64,000 bases of DNA from Podarcis liolepis (taxonomy: Eukaryota). The position numbers and the translations under genes were made by a program. Each line of letters starts with the position of its first letter. Position 1 is the first letter of the stretch. Location: NCBI GenBank assembly GCA_965112155.1, contig OZ218101.1; one strand, given 5' to 3'. Positions 13,576 to 24,615 of the stretch are shown here, one piece after another. Under the pieces are notes generated by a model. It saw only the letters and a program-made list of their open reading frames with translations. It was not told the DNA's origin and ran no database searches.

Positions 13576-14409
13576 TGACCGCTCCCCGCTTAAAATAGGG
13601 GGCGCCCTTTGCGTGGACGCGTGCAGCCCCTAGATCTGGAGCGGCTCCAACAGCATAGGCTTGGCTTTGCCTTCCCTCAGGTGGGATACCTGGAGTTCTC
13701 CGCCTACCTCAGTCAGTTGTCCAATCCCACCTGGGGGAAGCGTTGCCAAGGAGACCAGGCCAGGTAGGGGAGGGATTACCTGCCCACACAATAGAGGGAG
13801 GATCTTACCTAGGAATCCTCACTTGGCTCAAGAGCTTCTCCCACCCTACCCACCCTCAGTTAATGTCTTATTTTGCAGGTTAACTTTTCTTCACAGGTAT
13901 GCGGGCGCTGCTACGTTAAGGTCGCTGTTAAAGGGCCGGAAAGGAATTTCCCTGCATTGGCAGGTTTCACCTTTCCCGTAGCAAAACGTCACAACTTTGG
14001 CGGTATCAGGCCTTGGGCGGAATCCTTTTGTCCATCTTCCTCTTGCGGCGGCGATACCAGGGTTCCCTGTTAAAGGGGTTTTCTGAAGGGAGGCTTTGGC
14101 CGTACACCGAAAGATCGTCATTGCTCTCTCCTGCGGCGGCGGCGTTACGGGGGCGGCCATCTCTGCTTGAACATATGTTCTCCAGAGCCGGCCCATCCCC
14201 CCACACACACACTGGATAACCCTGATGCTCCCTAGGTCCCCGGCTGGGGATCTGGGAGGGAGAACGCCCAATGCCTGAGCCAAGCTCTACCCACATTTGA
14301 AATTTAATAAAGTCGTGGCCAATTTAATCCCATAGCACGTTGTCTTGAGTCGTTATTCCACATGACGGGGAGACCGTGCAGGATCTGGGGACTCCGCCTG
14401 TCCACGCAA
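13576..14409 (+). mobile_element. CpG-rich, non-coding, highly structured LTR-like element; candidate DIRS/Ngaro (tyrosine-recombinase) terminal repeat or solo LTR
   Basis: Imperfect ~40-bp terminal inverted repeats beginning ttgcgtggac (13609-13618) / gtccacgcaa (14400-14409); TATA-like ttaaaata at 13590; AATAAA at 14306; many CpGs against a CpG-poor background; no TSD; no credible ORF. Family assignment is inference. Confidence 0.6.
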
Positions 14410-14585
14410 CTGCCTCTGACCATGGAAGCAGAGCATAGCCATCATGGATATCAGCCATCAATAGCCCTCTCCTCCATGAATTTTTGTAATCCTCATTTAA
14501 AGCCATCCAAGTTGGTGGTCATTGCTGGCTCCTGGGGGAGGAGTTTCATAGTTTGACTATGTGCTGCATGAAGTACTTTCTTTTC
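14410..14585 (-). mobile_element. CR1 LINE 3' end remnant
   Basis: Reverse complement reads aagtacttc..gcagcacatagtcaaactatgaaactc...accaacttggatggctttaaatgaggattacaaaaattcatggaggagagggctat, a typical reptilian CR1 ORF2 C-terminus and 3' UTR. Confidence 0.7.
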
Positions 14586-14596
14586 TTCTTTTGAAG

Positions 14597-15069
14597 TCCG
14601 CCGGGACCACATAACACCAGTTCTGAGAGATCTGCATTGGCTCCCAGTACGTTCTGAGCATAATTCAAAGTGTTGGTGCTGACCTTTAAAGCCCTAAATG
14701 GCCTCGGTCCAGTATACCTGAAGGAACATCTCCACCCCCATCGTCAGCCCGGACACTGAGATCCAGCGCTGAGGGCCTTCTGGCGGTTCCCTCATTGCGA
14801 GAAGTGAGGCTACAGGGAACCAGACAGAGGGCCTTCTCGGTAGTGGCGCCCACCCTGTGGAACACCCTTCCTCCAGATGTGAAGGAAATAAGTATCTATC
14901 CTATTTTTAAAAGACATCTGAAGGCAGCCCTGTTCAGGGAAGTTTTAATATTTAATGCTGTATTGTTTTTAATACTTGATTGGGAGCCTTCCAGAGTGGC
15001 TGGGGAAACTCAGCCAGATGGGCGGGGTATAAATAAATAAATTATTATATTATTATTATTATTATTATT
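14597..15069 (+). mobile_element. L2 LINE 3' end (ORF2 C-terminus, 3' UTR, ATT tail)
   Basis: Frameshifted DHITPVLRDLHWLPV / FKVLVLTFKALNGLGPVYLKE / RAFSVVAPTLWNTLP...FKRHLKAALFRE, diagnostic of L2 ORF2. Confidence 0.92.
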
Positions 15070-16217
15070 GACAAAAGGTAAGAGGAACTCTGTGTCATCA
15101 TGGTACTCTTGATCAGAGAACGTATGAGTTTACATTGGAGGGCTTCTGAATATTTGCACTGGTGTCCCTGTCATTTTAACATTCTCACACCAAGAACACA
15201 AATCACTACATTGTATGAAGTGTTTGTACAATGTAGAGACTTGTGCCTTCCAGCCAAAAGCAAATAGAACTCAGAGAGGAAACGTTAAATAATCAGGATC
15301 CCATGTTTCCTAGATCTTCATCTATTTATAACTGATGCAGCTCAACTGAAGTTAAAAAAATTCTCCACCCATGCTAGGTTTCAGCTATGTATTGATCAGA
15401 TGCTTGAGAAGGTTTAACCAGTTCTGCAAAATGACCTTGATGCAGGGTACAAGAAAGCTTTTCTTTTCTTTTACTTTTTCTCCAATCTATTTCCAAAACT
15501 AGGTCTTTAATACAAAATCGTCGTCTTCAAACAGCATTAGCTTCTTTAACTGTTCATGGCAGCAGATGGGTAGTGCTAGATCAATATATATATTGCTAGC
15601 AATGAGTTTAGAGAAGGTGAAACAGAAGAGCAGATGGTTATTTAAGGCCACAAACTAACTTTTAATAGAGAAAGTATTAAGTTCTTTACATGCACACCTT
15701 TTCTAAGGACAGCCAGGGATCCCCACAGCCCATCAAAATTCCTCACAATGGAAAAGCTGAGCTTGATCAAAGTCAAAAATCTGCAATGTGAATGCAAGGT
15801 ATTGGTGTATTTTTGTATGACTTGGGGATACTTGTTATGGCATTGAAGACAGCTGATCATAGAAAGCAGTGTGAGCCAGTGGTGTAGGTGGGGGGGGGCA
15901 CAGAGACAGTTGCCCTGGGCGCAAAATTGTTAGGAGTGCAAAATTTCAACACCTGGTGCTACCTCAATACAGCTGCATTTCTGGGCTCTGTTGTAAACAG
16001 CGTCTCCATGCAAAACAGGAAGTGACCTCTCCAAACAATGGGACTACTCTTCTTTTAGGCTGTTGAATACACATGCATACTCTGTCTGTTTCCCCCTCTC
16101 CCCACCTTCCCCTTCATGCAGCCCCGGGCACTGGCAACCCACACCATGCATTCTTCTGAACCAGAGGTGGGGAACCTCAGACCTAAGGGCCAAATGCAGC
16201 TTTCCACCCCTCTCTCT

Positions 16218-16856
16218 GGAGCCAGTGTGGTGTAGTGGTTAAGAGCAGTGGACTCGTAATCTGGTGAACCGGGTTCACTTCTCAGCTCCTCCACATGCAG
16301 CTGCTGGGTGACCTTGGACTAGTCACACTTCTCTGAAGTCTATCATCCTCAGCCACCCCACAGAGTGCTTGTTGTGGGGGACAAAGGGGAAGGAAATTGT
16401 TAGCCGCTTTGAGACTCCTTAAAAAGGTAAAGGGACCCCTGATCATTAGGTCCAGTCGTGACCGACTCTGGGGTTGCGGCGCACATCTCGCTTTACTGGC
16501 TGAGGGAGCCAGCATGTACAGCTGAGGGAGCCGGTGTACAGCTTCCAGGTCATGTGGCCAGCATGACTAAGCCGCTTCTGGCGAACCAGAGCAGCACACG
16601 GAAACACCGTTTACCTTCCCGCTGGAGCGATACCTATTTATCTACTTGCACTTTGAGGTGCTTTTGAACTGCTAGGTTGGCAGGAGCAGGGACCGAGCAA
16701 CCGGAGCTCACCCCGTCGCGGGAATTCAAACCTCCGACCTTCTGATCGGCAAGTCCTAGGCTCTGTGGTTTAATCCAGAGCGCCACCCGCATCCTCCTTA
16801 GGGTAGTGATAAAGCAGGATATCAGATCCAAACTCCTCCTCCTCCTCTTCTTCTTC
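16218..16856 (+). mobile_element. Squam3-like (MIR/Ther1-derived) SINE, split by a Sauria SINE
   Basis: Head ggagccagtgtggtgtagtggttaagagc, CORE-like gctgggtgaccttggactagtcac, 3' part resumes at 16801 gggtagtgataaagc with (CTC/CTT)n tail. Confidence 0.88.
16422..16794 (-). mobile_element. Full-length Sauria SINE nested in Squam3-like SINE
   Basis: Complete reverse-complement Sauria sequence; TSD ctcctta at 16415-16421 and 16794-16800. Confidence 0.93.
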
Positions 16857-17954
16857 TGGCCCTCAACTCTATCCTCAGACCACACCCATTCCTCAGTCCA
16901 CACCCCTCAACAACCCTGCCCTGTGCTCTCCTCAACTGCTTGTTTTATTTCCTATCTAGAATTGTTCTTGAACAGTAATGGTGCTTCTTGCTTCCCTAAA
17001 TGGAGAGAAAGGTGTGTATGTCTTTGCTTTGCAGAGGTTTGCCTACTGTGCCAAAGGAAGAGTCTGATCCATTTTTGCCTTTGGCTCTGACCACCACTGG
17101 CATGTGCCCTCCAGAAGATTTCCTATTGGGGAAGGTGGCCTTCATGCTGAAAAAGGCTCCCAATTCCTGTTCTAAACCATCAAAGTCAATGATGGATCTA
17201 CCACCAAAGAGACTGCCTCTTGCTAGGGCAGTTCTCACAATCTCTGCGGAGGAATCCAGCAATGCCAATGTCATCAAGAAATATGAAGTGGGGCCTGTGA
17301 GTATTAGAGTAATTAGAAAGGACACTAGTCCAGAAGGATCAGAGGCCACATCTGTGGAGGGTTTGGTCATTTGACCCCTAAGCATCTGAGGGAGGGAGAA
17401 GTTATCAGCAGACGGCCCTTGAGGTTTTCCCTGTGCTCTCAAGAAAAGGATACAGTGAGCCTTTTTAAACAAATATTAATATTCCTTCCATTAATAGTAC
17501 ATTTTTTAGCAAATGGAACACTGCATGTGTTTTAAATTATGCAAACCAATTATACTAATGGGATCAAAGGAGGAGATTTTAAAAATAAAGTAAGACATAT
17601 GCCAACAATTTCAGCTTCATTGCAACATAATTATTTTATCTGTTGCGGAAGATTTTCTCCAGACGAGCCTGGAGTCTGCATTTAGGTTATGCAAAAAGCA
17701 CTGCTGGCCATCTGCCTAGGGACCCAGAGCTGATGCAGGGGCCCATCATGAGGGTCCATGGAGAAGAATTTCCAAAGAATTTATCCCTTGGTGCACCAAA
17801 TATTCCATGATATGCTATGTTGCTTATTTTTTTTTTAGTTCTATTTTGAATGTGTTTATAAGCTAATGTGTATTTTATAACTAGTATTAGCCATACTAGT
17901 TCAAGCTGAGGTTGGCAGGGTGTTGAACAGCAATGGTGGTTCTTTCAATTCCTT

Positions 17955-18128
17955 NNNNNNNNNNNNNNNNNNNNNNNNNNNNNNNNNNNNNNNNNNNNNN
18001 NNNNNNNNNNNNNNNNNNNNNNNNNNNNNNNNNNNNNNNNNNNNNNNNNNNNNNNNNNNNNNNNNNNNNNNNNNNNNNNNNNNNNNNNNNNNNNNNNNNN
18101 NNNNNNNNNNNNNNNNNNNNNNNNNNNN
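17955..18128. other. Assembly gap (N run)
   Basis: Run of N. Confidence 1.
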
Positions 18129-18531
18129 CCAGCCGAAGCCGGGCTCAGGGCAGCTAACAACAATAAAATAAGACAACATTTTAAAATCATTTCATTAAAA
18201 AATTACGTCAAATCAAATTGATGGCAACCATTGGGTAGAGTTCTGTGTAGATTGCCAAAGGAGGGAGTCAGGCTGTGCCCTGGCCAAAGGCTTGGCGGAA
18301 CAGCTCTGTCTTGCAGGCCCTGTGGAAAGATGTCAGGTCTTGCAGGGCCCTAATCTCTTGTGGCAGAGCGTTCCACCAGATCAGAGCCACAGCCGAAAAA
18401 GCCCTGGCTCTGGTTGAGGCCAGCCTAACCTCTCTGAGGCCTGGGACCTCCAAGATGTTTTTGTTTGAGGATCATAAGTTCCTCTGTGGGACATACCAGG
18501 AGAGGTGGTCCCATAGGTACGAGGGTCCTAG
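18129..18531 (-). mobile_element. L2 LINE 3' end (second subfamily)
   Basis: ORF 18268-18453(-) LASTRARAFSAVALIWWNALPQEIRALQDLTSFHRACKTELFRQAF is an L2 ORF2 C-terminus. Confidence 0.9.
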
Positions 18532-18611
18532 CTGATTTATCTCCTTGCTATTTATCTCCTTGCCTTTTACCCTTCCAGTTCCGATGGGTGGGCAATGGCC
18601 CCCAAAGGTTA

Positions 18612-18975
18612 AAAAAGGTAAAGGACCCCTGACAGTTAAGTCCAGTCATGGACAACTCTGGAGTTGTGGCGCTCATCTCGCTTTACAGACCGAAGGAGCC
18701 GGTGTTTGTCTGCAGACAGTTTTTCCGGGTCATGTGGCCAGCATGACTAAGCCATTTCTGGCGAAACCAGAGCAGCGCACGGAAATGCTGTTCACCTTCT
18801 TTCCGGAGCGGTACCTATTTATCTACTTGCACTTTGATGTGTTTTTGAATTGCTGGGTGGGCAGGAGCCGGGACCGAGCAATGGGAGCTCACCCCGTCGC
18901 GGGGATTCGAACCGCCAACCTTCCGATCGGCAAGCCCTAGGCTCAGTGGTTTAGACCACAGCGCCACCTGCATCC
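18612..18975 (-). mobile_element. Full-length Sauria SINE
   Basis: Complete element; perfect 13-bp TSD cccccaaaggtta (18599-18611 / 18974-18986). Confidence 0.95.
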
Positions 18976-20290
18976 CCCAAAGGTTACTAGCCCTCAGATA
19001 CATTTGCTAACCTGCTCCATACGTATATTAGCTATTTTAGGCTGAAAGGGGAGGGAATCCTCCCTCCCTTTTCTTTTTTCTTTTTTAAAAAGGGTATTTT
19101 AAAAAACCTGATTGTTCAGAGGAAGTGTTTCTTTCCTTTCCTTTTTGCTAGGCAAATGACTGCATACAAACCTGGCATCACATCTCCGCTCTAAATACAG
19201 AAAAAGATTCCTTTGACACCTTAATGACGTCAAGATTTATTGAGGCTCAAGCTTTTGTTGAGCAGAGCCCATTTCAGCAGATGCAAGACTAACTTGGGCC
19301 AGCTGTAGGAACACTTCTTTCCCATACTTAAGCAAATGCACTGGCTGCTTGTCCATTTCTGGGTGAAACACAAAGTTTTTGTGTTAAAACGTTTGCAGCT
19401 CAGATGATCTCAGCGTACCTTTTCCCAAGTGAGTAAGCCTACTTCGTTACCAAGGCCATTATCAGAAGCCCTTCTCAGAGCAAAGTGGGTGGTGATTGGC
19501 CTTTTCAGTTCTGGTGTTCTCTATATGGATTTCCTTGCCTGCCACTTATTTTGATGTGTTTCCAAAACCAACTAAGACCTTTACTCAAGTCCCCTGTTTA
19601 GAACTTCTACTGAATTATAGGCAGAATAGAAACCATGTGCTGATTAAGAAAGGTCTGGTCATTTCTTCCTCTCCATTGGCACCAAACATCTGGTGCAGGG
19701 TTGTTGCAAATGTTAATATACCAGGTTTGTACCTTCTGTTTGATGTCCTTTCCTGTGGCTACTTTTGTAAGACTATTGCCTGTCACTATCTGTTATATTT
19801 TGACTGTCTAGTGCCAATGTTCACCTTCACACCCTTGCAGGAGTGGTTTAGCAGAACAATACAAAGCTCATTTGCACAGGGTTGGGGAAGCAGGGGGATT
19901 GGATAGCTCAGCGATGTTTCTCCACCAACCCTGCCGCCCTCCCACTGGCTGCCACCTGCAGAGAGACAATAGCATCACCGGCATGCAATTCCTCCTTCCT
20001 CCTGCTAAAGAGGTCACAAATTGCAGCTGGTGGAAAGCTTTAAAATGGGGCTTTCTGGGGGTGTGCAGAGGACAGGGCTGACCCACCCCAGAATCTATTA
20101 GATCCTGCCCATCCATGTCATCATATGATTGCATTGGGCCAATACAATCCCAGCTGCTATACTACAAACCACAGGACTGCTGCTGGCCCAGCTGCCCTTC
20201 ATTGCCCCACCATGCTGAGGGAGTTGGAGTTGGATTGCTACCTATGCTCCTTAAGACAACCCACCATTCTGCATTAGAATAACCTCTCTT

Positions 20291-20533
20291 CAGTGTGGTA
20301 TAGTGGTTAAGAGCAGTAGACTCGTAATCTGGGGAACCGGGTTCGCTTCCCCGCTCCTCCACATGCAGCTGCTGGGTGACCTTGGGCTAGTCACACTTCT
20401 CTGAAGTCTCTCAGCCCCACTCACCTCACAGAGTGTTTGTTGTGGGGGAGGAAGAGAAAGGAGAATGTTAGCCGCTTTGAGACTCCTTCGGGTAGTGATA
20501 AAGCGGGATATCAAATCCAAACTCTTCTTCTTC
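20291..20533 (+). mobile_element. Squam3-like SINE
   Basis: cagtgtggtatagtggttaagagc...gggtagtgataaagcgggatatcaaatccaaactcttcttcttc. Confidence 0.92.
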
Positions 20534-23010
20534 AACTCCCTATACAAAACCTTTATGGTAACTATTGTCGCTATTTGGATGTGTTCATATGAAAAGTCAA
20601 GCTTTTTGCCATTTCTGCAACAGCCACACAGCATTGCATAATGGTAAAACATGGTACTTGTATACAAATTTATGTAACCACAACAAGGCTAATTGGCCAA
20701 ACCGAAATAGGAAGGTTGAGAAGGGAAGGGGGGAACCCAGAGAGAAACATTCTAGCCCTCCAAAAGCTGTCTGTTGAATTTTGGGTCTGTGCAAACTATC
20801 CTCAGATGCTTGACATGCTGGGAAGGAATGCCTTTCCTTGCTGCTAACGTCCAACTTCATTTTGTTCTGTCTGTAGCCAGTGAGCTGGTCAAAATCCTAT
20901 GACTGAGTCTTTGTTCCACTTCCATCAAGAGGCTATGAAAATGCTTCTGTGATACAGCCCTTAGAATGGTCATTGTGCTGCTGTTTGCTACTCTGCATGG
21001 GACATTAAACCAATCATCTGTCCCATTTAAGATAATTCAGGAGACCACATCATTCTGAGAACAGTGGTGCTATTAACAGTCCGATGACATAATTGGGTCT
21101 TGGTTCAATATCTCCCCAAGAATAGGGAAATTGTTGCCCATTCAAGCATATTGCTGTTGCATTTAAAAATCTGCCTAATATACTGTCATCCATTTAAGAA
21201 CTATTCTTGACAGGAGAAAATGTAAAGTTGTCTCTCCTCTCCTGTATTTATAGAACTGGCATTCTGCAAAAGATCACTATTTATATCTTTAACCTTGCTT
21301 CCAGTAGCATAAGTATGCAAAAGTTGGCAGCTAGGAGCATTATTATTTTTTCTTGTGTTCTGTCATTATTTTCAAAAGGCAGCTTCTGAAGTAAATCAGA
21401 GGAATTATAAATTGAGCCTATGTTTTCACCTTAAATTCTAACTAGGGTGGGGGCTGGAGACTTCAACATCACTGTCACTTGTTATTTCCTGTAGGTGAAT
21501 TTCTTTACACTTTCTCTCTCTCTCTCTCTCTCTCTCTCTATTTCACAAAGCAAAAAAGTCACTATATCCTGGAAATCATTGTTTCAGAAATTTCTTGTAT
21601 TTATTGCAACTAATAAGCTTTAATATATAAATGAATGAATATATAAAGAAAACCAACCACATTTTCTATGCACGTTTTGAAAGGAGGAAGCCGATTTGAA
21701 AGTCTGGGCTCCTGAGTAACTATGCATAGGATTATACCTCACACCGCACAAATCAATCGTTTGGGGTCATTTTTGGTTTGACATGAAGATATGGGAATGT
21801 GACCTTCTTTGTTCTTAGGATATGGGGAAATGCTAATTGCTCAGGGAAAAAGTCTTTCCAAAAAAACTTTGTTAAAACTAAAACTAAGTCAATGCAAATG
21901 TGAAACAACACATTTCCTTTTTAAATTATTCTGTCTTCTATACCGAACTGCTTTACAAAATATCACATTTCAGTTGCCTGCAAGCCTATCTAGACACATG
22001 ATTTAGTTAAATTTGTTCATGGATTTTATATGTACTTTTAATGATGGCTTTATGCATATGACGACATTTTATGTATGTATATAATGACATTTTATGTAAT
22101 GTTATGGCTGGCCTCATACCCAAGATTGGCAACAAAGGACAACATGAGGCTAATTTTGTGCTAGCTTGCTAGCTTTTGTGCTTCTGTAATTAATAGACAG
22201 GCACTCTTGTGTATCTACTTTCCTGTATGCTGATAAAGTATCATCTCCCACCTTTAAATGTCCACAAAATTATATTAGACATCTAGGGGAAGAGACACCC
22301 CTTAACTTCCTTCTGGTACTTGAGCAGACTTTGGCAGGGAAGTCTGAGGAAAAAAGCTCTGGAAGCGAATTCAGGTTTCTAATTTAAGATAATTATTAAA
22401 TGGGTCAAGGTAAAGTAGTGAGAAATATCAGGTTGCATAAAAAGAACATTGACAGTAATTTTATAACTAACCACACATACGGTAGTTACTAGTTTTAAGC
22501 AAGTTCAGCACTTAAAATAAGAAAGGAAAGAGCATCTTTAATGTGCATTGTTACCTGGGACTTCTCTCGAGGGTGAAGACAGCCTGCAGCAATCTTCAGG
22601 GTAAGTGGAGACAAAGGCATACTCAACTTCCCCCTCCCTGTTTTATGGTATTCCAGAAGGGCTATGTCTGTGAGAAAGGAAGTGGGTGAAGTTCAGGGCC
22701 ATGTCCTGAATACAGGGCAACAATCTTAACACCTTGTTTCACTCATGAAAATGAAGCAGCTTAAGAGGTATAAACTTAAGAAAATGTCTCCCTTTGCTCT
22801 TTTTTTTAATCCATTATCTTCCTATTGTTACGCTCATGTCTATATGGTTCATCTGCCTTGTTGTTATGGAAGGAAAGTGTCTTTGGCAGATATAATCATT
22901 TGAAGCAGGGGAGAGATTTGGAGCTTTTTCTCCTGTAACAGCTTTACCAGCTCAGCTTAAAGGGATGGACTTGATCTTTTAAAGCTCTAAATGGCCTAGG
23001 ACCAGCATAT

Positions 23011-23278
23011 TGTAGAAATAGCTTCCCTGCGGGTCCAGGTGCAGCGAAGCTGTGGGTGGTGGGATCAATGCTTGGTGAAGTTGCAGTAAACACGGTGCAA
23101 ACATTTGGGGATTAAGCAGGCCAAAACTTTATTGATTACAGATGTCAGTAGGTTTTGGTGCAGTCATAGGGTGTGCATCCTCTATCAATCAACCCACTGA
23201 ACAAAAGGTTTCTCTTATGTTCTTAATAGACTGAGGGTCAGCAGGTGAATCTTTCCTCCATAATTGTATGCCCATACA
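23011..23278 (-). mobile_element. Decayed LTR-like remnant inserted in a small L2 fragment
   Basis: tgta...taca ends; minus-strand aataaagttttggcctgcttaatccc resembles aataaagtcgtggccaatttaatccc of the 13576 element; flanks read FKALNGLGPAY|LK of L2; TSD not clean. Confidence 0.45.
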
Positions 23279-24285
23279 TTTAAAGGGTTGATGGAACCCT
23301 TAAGCCAACAATGTTTGGAAGGCCATATGTTCCCCACCTCTGACATATAGCAACTATCTTTTAATAACTGATAGCATAAAAAATGATAGGAAAATATGCT
23401 ATCTTGACAAATACCTTTAAACCTAATAGTGATTTAATGGAGAAAAATCAATCCTATAAATTCTTTATTGCAGGGTAAAATCTATATCCTATTTTTGTGT
23501 TTGTCGTAAAAGTTGTCTGGAAACCTATACTGAAAGGTTTGCTATAGGTGTTGTTGTGTTGACACACTATCACGATTTTCTTGTTAGCTGTTTTGGAATA
23601 TCTTATCACAACTGTTAGCAGCAGAGACGTAACATCAGTTGCAACCTTACATCAGCACTTTGGGGGGAATAGGGTATGCAAAATACTTAATTAACAAAGA
23701 TATGCATGTTTAAAGTGCAATCTGTTAGTTGAACTGTCAGTTCTAGGTATATGAAGTAGACAGCTGTATAACACATTTAAATCAACCTTCTGTCCATGTA
23801 GCTGAAAACATCAGAAATAAATCACACTTCTTATGTTACCCAAACATGTGGTTATTTAGACTGTCTCCTCAGCATAGCTCCTGCAACAATTTCCCTGAAA
23901 GTAAGATTAACATGATTATTTGTCATAAAACTATAACCATTTTCACCTTCAGTACATTCTAATTATTCTTCACATATAATAGAGTCTATATCCTTGAGCT
24001 ATTGACCCAGCTCTGGTGTGATATATGAATGTATACAATTGTCAGTCTGTGTCCATTTACCTTTAAAATAGATAGCAGTAGCCTGCAGGTGGCTCAATAA
24101 CTAATTTTAACACCCAGCACAATATCTTTAATGATGCATCAGTGACCTCATATTCAACTTCTACACAGCAGAATAAGCAGCCCTTACTTAACGTAAGGAG
24201 TGCTATTACAACTATTTGCTCCTCAACCCACAGTACCAATAGCAATAATAAAAGCAGAAATTAGCTGTAATATATTCTGAAAATG

Positions 24286-24615
24286 GGGACGCGGGTGGGG
24301 CTGTGAGTTAAACCACAGAGCCTAGGCCTTGCCAGTCAGAAGGTCGGTGGTTCAAATCCCCATGACGGGGTGAACTCCCATTGCTTGGTCCCTGCTCCTG
24401 CCCACCTAGCAGTTCAAAAGCACATCAAAGTGCAAGTAGATAAATAGGTACCACACCAGTGGGAAGGTAAATGGTGTTTCCGTGCGCTGCTCTGGTTCGC
24501 CAGAAGCGGCTTAGTCAAGCTGTACACCGGCTCCCTCGGCCAATTAAGGGAGATGAGCACTGCAACCCCAGAGTCGGCCACGACTGGACCTAATGGTCAG
24601 GGGTCCCTTTACCTT
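24286..24615 (+). mobile_element. Sauria SINE
   Basis: gggacgcgggtggg head to ggtccctttacctt tail; 13-bp TSD tattctgaaaatg (24273-24285 / 24616-24628). Confidence 0.95.

Larger units (their letters stand above)
16162..17169. mobile_element. Non-autonomous hAT element hosting two nested SINEs
   Basis: Termini cagaggtggggaacct...aggctcccaattcctg; 8-bp TSD ttctgaac (16154-16161) / ttctaaac (17170-17177). Confidence 0.75.

Noticed and set aside
14221-14266. Possible hammerhead ribozyme (ctgatg + stem + gagaac), which would make the element a retrozyme
   Set aside because: The core reads CUGAUGC rather than CUGANGA and no GAAA follows the stem; I found no canonical core on the minus strand either.
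13661-14296. Overlapping 66-130 aa ORFs on both strands
   Set aside because: These are expected in GC-rich sequence; there are no gag, RT or recombinase motifs.
16996-17472. 158-aa and 124-aa antiparallel ORFs
   Set aside because: They straddle the end of a hAT MITE, with no recognisable domain or splice context.
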